From: Puniceicoccaceae bacterium
GTDB taxonomy: Bacteria > Verrucomicrobiota > Verrucomicrobiia > Opitutales > Oceanipulchritudinaceae
NCBI GenBank assembly: GCA_040830765.1
Contig: JBFOMH010000017.1
Coordinates: 128,001-192,000 of the forward strand
Direction of reading: 5' to 3'
DNA length: 64,000 nucleotides
In this document: positions 10,720-20,486 of the stretch, one piece after another
How positions within the stretch are numbered: position 1 is the stretch's first letter
How the letters are laid out: each line of letters begins with the position of its first letter
Made by a program: the position numbers and the translations under genes
Notes under the pieces: model-generated
Database searches by the model: none
What the model was told of the DNA's origin: nothing
The model's input: only the letters and a program-made list of their open reading frames with translations

Positions 10720-12966
10720 ATGAGCGGACGGGACGGGACAGTGACGGTAATGCCCTTGAAGGGGGTGGGTCGTGGCTTGGCGTACCGGGTGGACGAGGGG
10801 TACTGGGAGCGACTGGGAATCGGGAGCCTGGTGCGGATACCGTTGGGGCGGCGAACGGAGCTTGGTGTGGTAATCCGGCTGGGGGATGATGGCGAAGTGG
10901 GCCCTGAGCGAATGAAGCAGATAATGGGTCTGGAGCAGCCATTTCCGGTAGTCGGGGAGGACGGCATCCGGTTGGCGGAGTGGATGGCGGGCTACTACAG
11001 CTGCGGGATGGAACAGGTCTTGGAGGTGATGATTCCGCGAGCGGTGCGGCGTGGGATGCGGCAGAAGGAGGAGCGCCACTTGCGGCTGGCTGAGGCGCTT
11101 GATGCGGAGGTTCTGGAGGTCCTGGGGCGTCGGGCGCCGAAGCAGAAGGCGGTGGTTGAATTTCTTGCCCAGCAGGCGATCAGCGGAAGCTGGCCCCGGG
11201 GGATTTTGATGAAGCGGCTGAAGGTCTCGCCAACGGTGCTGGACGGCTTGGTGGAAAAGGGGATTCTGGAAGAGAGCCGGGAGGTAGCGGAGCGGGTAGC
11301 CTATGGTGATGGATCGGGTGGCATCGAGCAGGTGGCAACCCATGGATTCACCCTGACGGATGAACAGGCGGCCTCGGCCGGGCACATCCGCGAGACATTG
11401 CGGGAAGGGGGCTTCGGGGTGCATCTCCTGCATGGGGTGACCGGTTCGGGGAAGACGGAAGTCTACATGCGGATCATGAAGGAGGTCCTGCAGGAGGGGG
11501 GTGGCATTATATTTCTCGTGCCGGAAGTGGCCCTGACGCCCCAGACAGTAGGACGACTGCGGGCACGGTTTGAGGCGGTCGGCGGTGACAAGGTGGTGGT
11601 CTGGCACAGTCATTTATCGGATGGGGAGCGCTATGATGCCTGGCGGGCTCTGGCAACGGGCGAGGCCCGGGTGGTCGTTGGGGCCCGGTCGGCGGTCTTT
11701 GCCCCCGTGGACAACTTGCGGCTGATCGTGGTGGACGAGGAACACGAGCCAGCCTACAAGCAGGAGGAAGTGCCGCGCTACCATGGCCGGGATGTGGCGG
11801 TCTACCGGGCCATGCTGAACGAGGCCCTGTGCATCCTTGGCAGCGCGACGCCTTCCCTGGAAAGCCTGCACAATGTGAAGAACGGCAAATACAAGGTCGA
11901 TCGGCTGCACAAGCGGGTGGATGATCGCCAGCTTCCACTGATGCATGTGGTCGACATGCGCCGCGAAAAGGGCGGTCAGGTCTTTTCGCGTCTGCTGGCC
12001 GACAAGTTGCAAGAGCGCATCGAGCGCAAGGAACAGGCCATTCTCTTTATCAACCGGCGGGGGCACGATGCCTCGCTCCACTGTCCCGACTGTGGGTTTG
12101 TCGCTCTCTGCGATCATTGCAGCATCACCCTGACCCACCATTACCATGACCGGCGCATGCGCTGCCACATGTGCGGGCATGAGACAGCAGTGCCGCCAAC
12201 CTGCCCGAATTGCCGGTCACCAAAAATCCACTACAAGGGAAGCGGGACGCAGAAGGTCGAGGGGATTGCCAGGAAGCTCATGCCCTTTGCCAACATCGTC
12301 CGGATCGACGCCGACACGATGCGGCGGCGCCATGCGCTGCGGGAGCAGCTGGCGGCCTTCCGCCAGGGAAAGATTGATGTCCTCGTGGGGACGCAGATGA
12401 TCGCCAAGGGGCTGGATTTTCCGAATGTCACTCTGGTCGGCTTGTTGGATGCCGACCTTTCCATGCACCTGCCGGATTTCCGGGCGGCAGAGCGCACCTT
12501 CCAGTTGCTGGTACAGGTCTCCGGCCGCGCGGGACGCGGGGACAGGGCAGGGGAGGTTGTTGTGCAAACCTACATGCCCTCGGCGGCGCCGGTCCAGTAT
12601 GGGAGGCAGCAGGACTTTGACGGGTTTACGGACGAGGAGCTGGAACACCGCCGGGAGTTCGGATATCCGCCCTACCGGCACTTGATCCATCACCTTATTC
12701 GGGGGCCGAGCGTGGAGAAGGTCGAGTTTTATGCCAAGCAGTGGATCAAGCAGGTCGGTCCGGGCCTGAAGGAACTCGGAGTCGAGGTCCGTGGCCCGGC
12801 CCCGTGCCCCATCGAGCGGATCCAGAACATGTTCCGTTACCAGATCTGGTATTTCACCGGCAACGTTAGTCGCATCATGCCCTTCCTCAATCAACAGCGG
12901 GCGGCCTTCAAGTGGGACCCCGACTTGATCGAGGTGGTCGATGTTGACGCCTTTCACCTGATTTGA
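10720..12966 (+). CDS. priA: Primosomal protein N' (replication restart helicase)
   Basis: GVTGSGKTEVY, VPEVALTPQ, DEEHE, four CxxC pairs, GTQMIAKGLDFP, QVSGRAGR. Confidence 0.98.
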   Translation: MSGRDGTVTVMPLKGVGRGLAYRVDEGYWERLGIGSLVRIPLGRRTELGVVIRLGDDGEVGPERMKQIMGLEQPFPVVGEDGIRLAEWMAGYYSCGMEQVLEVMIPRAVRRGMRQKEERHLRLAEALDAEVLEVLGRRAPKQKAVVEFLAQQAISGSWPRGILMKRLKVSPTVLDGLVEKGILEESREVAERVAYGDGSGGIEQVATHGFTLTDEQAASAGHIRETLREGGFGVHLLHGVTGSGKTEVYMRIMKEVLQEGGGIIFLVPEVALTPQTVGRLRARFEAVGGDKVVVWHSHLSDGERYDAWRALATGEARVVVGARSAVFAPVDNLRLIVVDEEHEPAYKQEEVPRYHGRDVAVYRAMLNEALCILGSATPSLESLHNVKNGKYKVDRLHKRVDDRQLPLMHVVDMRREKGGQVFSRLLADKLQERIERKEQAILFINRRGHDASLHCPDCGFVALCDHCSITLTHHYHDRRMRCHMCGHETAVPPTCPNCRSPKIHYKGSGTQKVEGIARKLMPFANIVRIDADTMRRRHALREQLAAFRQGKIDVLVGTQMIAKGLDFPNVTLVGLLDADLSMHLPDFRAAERTFQLLVQVSGRAGRGDRAGEVVVQTYMPSAAPVQYGRQQDFDGFTDEELEHRREFGYPPYRHLIHHLIRGPSVEKVEFYAKQWIKQVGPGLKELGVEVRGPAPCPIERIQNMFRYQIWYFTGNVSRIMPFLNQQRAAFKWDPDLIEVVDVDAFHLI

Positions 12967-12992
12967 TGCCTCCCTTGGAGCGCGGAAAACCC

Positions 12993-13053
12993 CTTGGAGT
13001 GCGGCGACATGTCGCCGCTTTGGAAGGCGGCGCCGAGGCGCCGCACTCCAAAG
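12993..13053. repeat. REP doublet (REPIN-like) of the GGAG-tagged palindrome type
   Basis: TTGGAG-TGCGGCGAC-AT-GTCGCCGC, then an inverted copy GCGGCGCC-GA-GGCGCCGCA-CTCCAA; a truncated third head TTGGAGCGCGG at 12975. Confidence 0.8.
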
Positions 13054-13089
13054 TTGCCGCTTTAAATTAAACCTGTCATGGGTTGTTTA

Positions 13090-13881
13090 ATGTTTGCTTT
13101 CTTCCGATGGCTGGAGCGGCTTTCGCTGGATGCGGTTATTGTGGCCGTGCTGTGGGGATGGGTGCTTTCCCTGCTGGCAGGCCTGACTGTCAACCCCGCC
13201 ACCTTGCTGGTGTTGGCGATGGCCACTTGGCTCACCTATGTCGCCGATCGCCTGCGGGACACAGCCCCGGGCCGGGAGGTTCCGGAAACAAGCCGCCACC
13301 TGTACTACAGGCGTCACTACAATCAGTTCCGGACCATCTGGCTGGCTGTTTTTCCTATGACCGTCCTGTTGGCAGTTCTTCTTCTGCCTTTGTGGAAGGT
13401 CCTGTGGGGCTGGAGTCTGGTGGCGATCATTGCCGCTTATCTCCACCTGCTGGGGAAAGCCGCCAATCCTTCCCAGCGCCTCCTCCTGAAGCGGTTGATG
13501 GTGCCGATTATCTTTACTGCCGGTGTCGGCTGGATGGCCGAAGGCTGGCGCACCATGGAGTCCGGTGCAGCTGTCTTGATTCTCTTTCTGGCCTCATTGG
13601 TGAACGTGCTTCTAATTTCGATGGAAGAGGGCAAGGACAGTTTGGTTCCCCGTTGGCTCCCTGGCTTCCTCGGCGCTTCCCTAGTTGCACTGGTGCTGGC
13701 CGGTAACGCCTCCCTGCTGATCCATTGGCCGGTCGGGGTGGCAGCGCTTTATTGCTCGATGGTGTACTTTGTCCTCTTATTGCGGATCAAGGGAAGCCGC
13801 GTTGACTGGATAAGATTGTGGGCGGATGCTGCGCTCGCTGATGGAGCGATCCTTATCGTAATCCTGCAATTTTTCCTTTGA
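13090..13881 (+). CDS. Multi-pass membrane protein, weak UbiA-prenyltransferase-like signature
   Basis: About 8 hydrophobic segments; LSLD and WLTYVADRLRD motifs; start at 13078 or 13090. Confidence 0.55.
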   Translation: MFAFFRWLERLSLDAVIVAVLWGWVLSLLAGLTVNPATLLVLAMATWLTYVADRLRDTAPGREVPETSRHLYYRRHYNQFRTIWLAVFPMTVLLAVLLLPLWKVLWGWSLVAIIAAYLHLLGKAANPSQRLLLKRLMVPIIFTAGVGWMAEGWRTMESGAAVLILFLASLVNVLLISMEEGKDSLVPRWLPGFLGASLVALVLAGNASLLIHWPVGVAALYCSMVYFVLLLRIKGSRVDWIRLWADAALADGAILIVILQFFL

Positions 13882-13905
13882 AGGCGATCCGGGGCTGGAC
13901 ACGCC

Positions 13906-14949
13906 TCAACTGTCCGGGAACTCGCCTTCCTCGACGGTCCAGCAATCATCCGTGTAGAGGAGCGACTGGATGTCGCCGCGGCCGAGCTTTTCCTGGGCAG
14001 TCTCGATCTGGTTGGAGACCTCGACCTCGTAGCAGGGACGGTTGATCTGGCGCAAGACGCCAACCGGTGTCGGGAGCTCCGGGTAGGCCATCTGGGCCAG
14101 CATCTGAGTGTAGAGGGCGCTCGGATGCTTGGAATCGTGGACAAGGATATCTTCCATGTCCGCGCCACCGGCGCCGATCTTGACCTTTTCAGGCGTCAGG
14201 CCGTTGAGGCGGATGCCATGGTCCTTGTCCTTGCCAAACAGCAAGGGCTGGTCCTCTTCCAGAAAGAGCAATTCGTCATCGCGGGTCTGGCGGCCATAGA
14301 CCGGATCCCATGTCTTGTCATTGAAGATGACGCAGTTCTGCAGGATCTCGACAAAGGAGACGCCCTGGTGTTCGTGGGCGGCCTTGAAGATTTCCACCAT
14401 GTGCTTGACGTTGGTGTCGTAGGTCCGGGCGATGAAGGTGGCCTCCGCACCGAGGGCAAAGAGGAGCGGATTGATCGGGTTATCGACCGATCCCATGGGG
14501 GTGCTCTTGGTGCGCGTCCCGACCTCCGAGGTCGGGCTGTACTGGCCCTTGGTCAGGCCGTAGATGCGGTTGTTGAAAAGGAGGATGTTGACGTTGACGT
14601 TGCGCCGGAGGATGTGGAGGAGGTGATTGCCCCCGATGCTCAGTCCATCCCCGTCCCCGGTGATGAGCCAGACGCTGAGGTCCGGATTGGCCACCTTGAC
14701 CCCGGTCGCCACCGCCGGGCCGCGCCCGTGGATGGTGTGGAATCCGTAGGTGTTCATGTAGTAGGGAAAGCGGCTGGAGCAGCCGATTCCGCTGACAACG
14801 ACAAAATTCTCCCGGGCCACGCCGAGTTCCGGGAAGGCCCTCTGGAGCGAGTTGAGGATGGCGTAATCGCCACAACCCGGGCACCAGCGCACATCGTTGG
14901 CGGTGACAAAATCCTTCTTGGTCAGGGGTTCTTCTGGTGTGGTGCTCAT
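13906..14949 (-). CDS. korB: 2-oxoacid:ferredoxin oxidoreductase beta subunit
   Basis: WCPGCGD, SGIGCSSR, TPP motif GDGD...NN, YGLTKGQYSPT. Confidence 0.93.
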   Translation of the reverse strand: MSTTPEEPLTKKDFVTANDVRWCPGCGDYAILNSLQRAFPELGVARENFVVVSGIGCSSRFPYYMNTYGFHTIHGRGPAVATGVKVANPDLSVWLITGDGDGLSIGGNHLLHILRRNVNVNILLFNNRIYGLTKGQYSPTSEVGTRTKSTPMGSVDNPINPLLFALGAEATFIARTYDTNVKHMVEIFKAAHEHQGVSFVEILQNCVIFNDKTWDPVYGRQTRDDELLFLEEDQPLLFGKDKDHGIRLNGLTPEKVKIGAGGADMEDILVHDSKHPSALYTQMLAQMAYPELPTPVGVLRQINRPCYEVEVSNQIETAQEKLGRGDIQSLLYTDDCWTVEEGEFPDS

Positions 14950-14953
14950 GGCT

Positions 14954-16798
14954 TCAGGAGGGGATGAGGTTGAGGATGGCGTCGCGGACTTCAGCGACCT
15001 TGAAGGGACGGCCCATGACCTTGGTCAAGGGCACGGCATCGATGAGGTACTTCGCACGGACCAGCATCGCCAGCTGTCCGGTGTTGAGCTCGGGAATGAT
15101 CACCTTCTTGAACCGCTTCAGGGTGTCGCCCAGGTCGTTGGGCAGGGGATTGAGGTGGCGCAGGTGAACACTGCTGACGCTGTAGCCTTCCGCCTGCAGG
15201 GTACGGACGGCGGAAGTGATGGCCCCGAAGGTACCGCCCCAGCCAAGAGCGAGAACGTCGCCTTCCGGTTCCCCGTTGATGATCAGCGGGGCGTAGGAGT
15301 CGGCGATGCGCTGAATTTTCTCGGCGCGCATGTTCGTCATATGGTCGTGATTCTCCGGATCGTAGCTGACTTCGCCAGCATCGTTCTTTTCCAGACCACC
15401 GAGACGGTGTTCCATGCCCTTGGTCCCGGGGATGGCGAGGGCGCGGGCAAGCGTCTCCGGGTCCCGTTCGAAAGGCCGGTATGGCTCGTCCGCCGGCGGC
15501 GTGTTGACCCTGAAGGGGGCAAACTCGTCAAGGTTCGGCAGGCGCCAGGGCTCCGCCCCGTTAGCCACGTAGAGGTCGCTCAGGAGGAGAACCGGCGTGT
15601 TGTAGGTCACAGCAATCCGCATCGCCTCATAGGCCACCGGGAAGCAATCGGAGGGGGACATGGCAGCAACGATCGGCAGGGGACTCTCCCCGTGCCGGCC
15701 AAACATGGCCTGGAGGAGGTCGGACTGTTCGGTCTTGGTGGGTAGACCGGTACTGGGACCCCCGCGTTGAATGTTGCAAATGACCAGCGGCAGCTCGGCC
15801 GAAGCGGCGAGCCCCATGAACTCGGACTTGAGGCACATCCCCGGACCACTGGTGCCAGTGATGCCGAGCGAACCGGCAAAGCTGGCCCCGAGGGCCACCC
15901 CGATGGCGGCAATCTCGTCCTCCGCCTGGACCGACTTGATGCCAAAGTGCTTGTAGGTGGAGACCATCTCGAGGATAGAAGATGCTGGCGTGATGGGATA
16001 GCCGGAGTAGACCAGGTCCTTTCCGGCCTGGCGCGCGGCGGCGACAAAGCCAAGGACCAGCGCCTCGTTGCCGGAAATCTTGCGGTAGGTACCGGGGCGG
16101 ACGGCGGCCTTGGTGACGGAATAGCGATTCCGGTGGATTTCCGAGGTCTCTCCAAAGAAGTATCCGGCCTTGAGAACCTGTACATTGGCCTCGGCCACGT
16201 CGGGGAGTTTTTTGGCCCACTTGCCCTCAACGAATTTCACCGTCGGATCGAGCGGGCGCCCATAGACCCAGTATGTGAATCCAAGGGCGAAAAAGTTCTT
16301 ACAGCGCAGCTTGTCGCGAGTCTTCAACGGGCTGTCCTTGAGAGCTTCCTTGGTCAGCTCGGTGATATCGATGGAAACCACCTCGTACTTCTGGGCCAGG
16401 TCGGGATCATCCAGCGGATTGGACTCGAAGCCCGCCATCTTGAGGTTTTCCGGGGTGAAGGCCCCCGTGTTGACGACCAGCAGGCCGCCCTGGGTAAGGT
16501 CTTCGAGGTGCACCGCGAGGGCGGCCGGGTTCATGGCCACGAGGGCGTCCGGCTCATCCCCGGGAGTGAGGATTTCGCGGCTCCCGAAATGGACCTGAAA
16601 GGCGGAGACGCCCGGGATAGTCCCCGCCGGGGCCCGGATCTCCGCCGGGAAGTCGGGAAAAGTGGCGATCGCGTTGGGGACGACCACGCTGCTGTCTGTG
16701 AACCGTTCGCCGACCGTCTGCATGCCATCGCCGGAATCACCAGCGAAACGGACGACCACCGATTGGCGTTCCTCGAAACCAGGAGTGTGTTGAGTCAT
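14954..16798 (-). CDS. korA: 2-oxoacid:ferredoxin oxidoreductase alpha subunit (gamma-alpha fusion)
   Basis: AGDSGDGMQ, FPAEIRAPAG, YPITPAS, QAEDEIAA, QRGGPSTGLPTKTEQSD; ATG at 16798. Confidence 0.93.
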   Translation of the reverse strand: MTQHTPGFEERQSVVVRFAGDSGDGMQTVGERFTDSSVVVPNAIATFPDFPAEIRAPAGTIPGVSAFQVHFGSREILTPGDEPDALVAMNPAALAVHLEDLTQGGLLVVNTGAFTPENLKMAGFESNPLDDPDLAQKYEVVSIDITELTKEALKDSPLKTRDKLRCKNFFALGFTYWVYGRPLDPTVKFVEGKWAKKLPDVAEANVQVLKAGYFFGETSEIHRNRYSVTKAAVRPGTYRKISGNEALVLGFVAAARQAGKDLVYSGYPITPASSILEMVSTYKHFGIKSVQAEDEIAAIGVALGASFAGSLGITGTSGPGMCLKSEFMGLAASAELPLVICNIQRGGPSTGLPTKTEQSDLLQAMFGRHGESPLPIVAAMSPSDCFPVAYEAMRIAVTYNTPVLLLSDLYVANGAEPWRLPNLDEFAPFRVNTPPADEPYRPFERDPETLARALAIPGTKGMEHRLGGLEKNDAGEVSYDPENHDHMTNMRAEKIQRIADSYAPLIINGEPEGDVLALGWGGTFGAITSAVRTLQAEGYSVSSVHLRHLNPLPNDLGDTLKRFKKVIIPELNTGQLAMLVRAKYLIDAVPLTKVMGRPFKVAEVRDAILNLIPS

Positions 16799-16895
16799 GT
16801 GCCGAATACGTTGAGGGAGAGGATGTGCGGTTAAACTTGGAAATACTCCATCCGAAGTCAACGCGCGATGACAGGCTCCGGTAACATTTCAGTCA

Positions 16896-16923
16896 CCGGA
16901 ATTTTACGAAAAGTAAATTCCGG
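16896..16923. terminator. Hairpin downstream of the HAF-repeat gene (terminator-like or korAB operator)
   Basis: ccggaattttac-gaaaa-gtaaattccgg, near-perfect inverted repeat. Confidence 0.4.
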
Positions 16924-16931
16924 GAAATTGC

Positions 16932-18494
16932 TCAGCCGGGAGGGAGCTTCATTTCCTCTTCCTGGACGTTGGTTCCTGTGTCAAAGAGATAGAACCAGCG
17001 CTCCGTCGGTTCGCACCCGACATAGTAGTAAACCCATCCTTCAAGGTAGCCGAACTTGTAGAAATAGGGGTAGAGGTCGGCGTTCGTCCAGTACCAGCAA
17101 TCGAGTCCGTAGTCGAAGATGTAGGCCGAGAGCTCGTCCCCGGTGGAGAATTGCCAGCCGTGCTCGGAGTGCCACATGAAGAGATCAGAAGCCTCGCTGT
17201 AGTAACCGTACCAGTCGGAGTAATTCCAGAACTCGTCGACCTTCTTGTCGAAGATCCACAGCCCGTCGAGGGTGGCGTGGTAGGCGGAGGGTTGATAGGG
17301 ATCATCGACCCCGATTTGCCCGGCAACCGCCCGCCCGTCAGCGGAAACAGCAGCAGCCGTGATGAGTGCAAAGTCGAGGGTGTCTGTCCGGGCTTCCTCG
17401 AGGAAGTCCTTGAGGATCTTGAGCTGTCCATCGGGACCCCAGATGACGGCATGGGACGTGTTGTCGAAATCCGTCATCATGCCCACGACAACTTCCCCGT
17501 CAGCTGAGATGTCGGTAACCGTTGTCATCTTGCCTTGGGTTTCCAGTTCACTGATTCCCACGATGGCATCCCAGCGAAGGATGCCGCTGGTCGAGCCGCC
17601 GCTGTACGGTGCGATGATAGCGCTCATGTCATCACTGACGAGGCTGTTGCTGCCGAAGACGGCCGGTTTCCCGCTCAGGAATGGTCCACCCGGGGCTTCA
17701 GCGAGGACATTGAATCCGTTGGTTTCGTCCCAGTACCAGATATGGGTGGGACCATGACTCCAGCCAAGTTCCAGATCATAGCCCAGTCCAATGATTTGGG
17801 TTCCATCATCGGAGCAGGCGAGGGCAGCATTCTGTCGGCCGGACTCACTTCCATCGACCGGGATGGGGCCAATGTCGACCATCAGGTTGACGCTGTCCCA
17901 GCGCCAGGTCTGGCTGCCGTTCTCGGAAAACCCGGTACCGACAACCAGCGTGCCATCCGCGGAGCAGTCGATGACGTAGGTCCGATCATATCCGCCGGGG
18001 AGAAATCCCAGGCCGGTGATCCAGCCCTCATCGCTCCAGATGGCCGCCTGGGGCGTGGCGAAGCCGTTCCTGGCAACAATCCCTTCCCCGAGCACAACCT
18101 TGCCATCGTAGGTGATGCCGGTGGCCTTGCTCTCAAACCGGCTGGTGGACAGATCACCCAGCTCCTCGATTCCTTTGGATGTCCACCGGAAGGCTTCCGA
18201 GTCGCCGTTGGCGGAGGAGCTCCAGCCAACGACAGTGGAACCATCTCCAGATATGGCCAGCGGCCGTGTTCTTTCAGCTCCGCCGGGCAGGTCACCCAGA
18301 ATGAGCGGTGCCCCCGGAGGCTTCCACCAATAGCCCCATTCTTGAGCTCCAGGCGGGGTCCTGAGTACAACAACCGCCCCGTCATCAGACATGCCCTTGG
18401 CCACAACTATTCCAGCAGCCTTGTTGAATTCACCTCCCAATGCAGCCGCAAATGCGACTGTCACCACCATGCAGGTCAGTCCCCATTTCTTCAT
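16932..18494 (-). CDS. Secreted HAF-repeat (beta-propeller) protein with Trp/Tyr-rich C-terminal domain
   Basis: Signal peptide MKKWGL...AALG with a strong SD upstream; repeated ISxDGsxVVG...AFRW...LGDL units; aromatic tail WYWTNADLYPYFY. Confidence 0.8.
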   Translation of the reverse strand: MKKWGLTCMVVTVAFAAALGGEFNKAAGIVVAKGMSDDGAVVVLRTPPGAQEWGYWWKPPGAPLILGDLPGGAERTRPLAISGDGSTVVGWSSSANGDSEAFRWTSKGIEELGDLSTSRFESKATGITYDGKVVLGEGIVARNGFATPQAAIWSDEGWITGLGFLPGGYDRTYVIDCSADGTLVVGTGFSENGSQTWRWDSVNLMVDIGPIPVDGSESGRQNAALACSDDGTQIIGLGYDLELGWSHGPTHIWYWDETNGFNVLAEAPGGPFLSGKPAVFGSNSLVSDDMSAIIAPYSGGSTSGILRWDAIVGISELETQGKMTTVTDISADGEVVVGMMTDFDNTSHAVIWGPDGQLKILKDFLEEARTDTLDFALITAAAVSADGRAVAGQIGVDDPYQPSAYHATLDGLWIFDKKVDEFWNYSDWYGYYSEASDLFMWHSEHGWQFSTGDELSAYIFDYGLDCWYWTNADLYPYFYKFGYLEGWVYYYVGCEPTERWFYLFDTGTNVQEEEMKLPPG

Positions 18495-18636
18495 TTCCCC
18501 CTCCTGTTGAATGTGTCGCGGAAAGCGTAACAAGCCGGATCGAATTTGGCAAGGCTATGTCCGGGCCGCGAACGAATCCCTGAACCTTAGGCTTGCCTTT
18601 AAGGCGCCCCTTCTTCCAATCTCCTCCCCCTTACGT

Positions 18637-18726
18637 GGAGAGATGACAGAGTGGCCGAATGTGCCTGACTCGAAATCAGGTGTGCCCTCACGGGTACCGG
18701 GGGTTCGAATCCCTCTCTCTCCGCCA
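18637..18726 (+). tRNA. tRNA-Ser (anticodon CGA)
   Basis: Acceptor GGAGAGA/TCTCTCC, discriminator G, encoded CCA, anticodon arm CCTGA-CTCGAAA-TCAGG, long variable arm, GGTTCGAATCC T-loop. Confidence 0.98.
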
Positions 18727-18881
18727 TTCGACAAGCTCATGGCAGGCCAAGCGAGCCAGCCCTGAGTTTATCGAAGGGAGCTTGGAATGCCTGAGCGCAG
18801 GAGAATGCCCTGCCGAAGGCACTGAGATTGCCGAAGTGAGCGATCCCGCGAAACGAAGTGAAGCGGGAGAGTCGAACGGGC
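18727..18881. repeat. TTCGACAAGCTCA / TGAGTTTATCGAA palindromic repeat element with a split second half-copy
   Basis: Arms at 18727-18739 and 18763-18775 pair with two G-U positions; further fragments CCTGAGC (~18790) and AGTCGAACGGG (~18870). Confidence 0.65.
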
Positions 18882-18963
18882 TTCTAAAAAAGCAAGAACT
18901 TGGGCATTTGAAATCCTGTTAACGGGGATCGGATCGTTACCACGGTCGAATTTTTCGCCGGCT

Positions 18964-20271
18964 TTATTTGTCCAAGCGGAAGCGTCGTCCAAGAATGGCC
19001 ACGGTAGCCGCTGTCCAGCCCTGCATGGGAGCGGTCGGGTAGCGTTCGACCGGAATTTCGATACCGCCGTCTGCAGCGTGGTATTTTTCCCAGAGTTTGC
19101 CGGTTTCCTCGAATTTCCGCAGAATGGTGAGGAGCAGGCGGGATGCGACAACATCTGCTTCAGCCGTGTACCCGTAGGCATCCAATCCCTCAATCAATAG
19201 GAGGTGAAAGGAAGGCCAGGCAGCCGGATAGGACCATTGCAGATGCTGGAACTCCGGATGCGGACTGGGATAAGCCTTGTCCGTGAAGGGGCAACCAAAC
19301 GGAAGGAGGAAATCGGGAAGATGACGGGAGACAAGGCACTGCGCCTGTTCGGGTGAGGCTATTCCGGCCCAGAGCGGCATGAACATTGCCAGGGAACGAA
19401 AAGGCAGCGATGTCCCGGTAGTGTATTGGAACTCGTAGTATCCTTTGCGTTCTTCGTTCCAGATGTAGTGATTTATCAATGACTTTCTCTGCTCAAACCG
19501 ATCGGCCCACTTGCTGGCCAATTCCTCAAGACCCAGTTCGCTAGCCATCCAGCCAAGGGCGGTTTCAGCCCGTGCGAGGGCAACGTTAATCATGATTGGA
19601 GTGCAGTTGCGCACGTCTCCCTCGAAGACTGCCGTGAAATCAAAGACCTCGGCTTCCGCTGCCAACTCGGGCCGCAGCCCTTCATTGAGCAGGTCCCGGG
19701 CAGTTGAAAGGCCTGTCGGGGTAAGATGGTGATCCGCGGTCCAATAGGTTTCATATTCCCGGGAAAAGCCCCCGAGCGCCTGGAGCATGAGATGCCGGTC
19801 CGGTTGCTCCATGAAGTAGCGCCGGGCCCCTTCGGCCCCAAGGGGGATCTGCGACCGTCCGAGGTAGTAGGTGCGGTTTCCGGTCAGGACGAAGCCATAT
19901 CGGTCAATGAGAAAGAGCTGGTTACGCAGGTGGTCTTGAATGGCCCCGAAGTGTTCATGGGCTCGCAGGCCTTCGTTGATAAAGAATGTATCCCAGGCAT
20001 ACATTTCACTGAAAGCTGCCTCCTTTCCACCGGGGGTCAGGTAGGGATGGGGGAGATAAAGAAGGCTATCCCGTATGCCCGTGCTGCTGTCGACCTCATC
20101 CGCGTCATGGGCATCAGGATCTCCCGGGAGAATGACATCCCGGACTGTCCGGATTTCCTTTTCCCGCGCCTGGCGACGGGAATCCAGCCAAGAGGTTCGG
20201 ATATCTGCATCGAGCTCCTGCCAAAGCCCGCGCCGTCGATTGAGTGCAACGAGTGTGTCATCCATGGGCAT
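18964..20271 (-). CDS. Trehalase-family (GH37-like) glycoside hydrolase, cytoplasmic
   Basis: PGG..FSEMYAWD, GNRTYYLGRSQ.P, QWSYPAAWP, LWEKY, GWT; no signal peptide. Confidence 0.8.
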   Translation of the reverse strand: MPMDDTLVALNRRRGLWQELDADIRTSWLDSRRQAREKEIRTVRDVILPGDPDAHDADEVDSSTGIRDSLLYLPHPYLTPGGKEAAFSEMYAWDTFFINEGLRAHEHFGAIQDHLRNQLFLIDRYGFVLTGNRTYYLGRSQIPLGAEGARRYFMEQPDRHLMLQALGGFSREYETYWTADHHLTPTGLSTARDLLNEGLRPELAAEAEVFDFTAVFEGDVRNCTPIMINVALARAETALGWMASELGLEELASKWADRFEQRKSLINHYIWNEERKGYYEFQYTTGTSLPFRSLAMFMPLWAGIASPEQAQCLVSRHLPDFLLPFGCPFTDKAYPSPHPEFQHLQWSYPAAWPSFHLLLIEGLDAYGYTAEADVVASRLLLTILRKFEETGKLWEKYHAADGGIEIPVERYPTAPMQGWTAATVAILGRRFRLDK

Positions 20272-20486
20272 CGGGCATCAGTTTCAAGCACACGAACTGC
20301 CTAGTCAATCCTGCGAAATTGTCACGACCGTCGAAATGAACAGAAGAATGAACCCATAGGCACAGGCATGGATTATTGAGAAGCGACCCAATAGCTCGAT
20401 TGATTGTTATGAGGGTGAGTTGGGGGGTAGTATGCTATGGGAATCGTTCATTTACCTGTCCCCTACACAATCTATACATTTGTGGT

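Noticed and set aside
18511..18922. Small ORFs across the tRNA region
   Set aside because: They overlap tRNA-Ser and the palindromic element; translations are spurious
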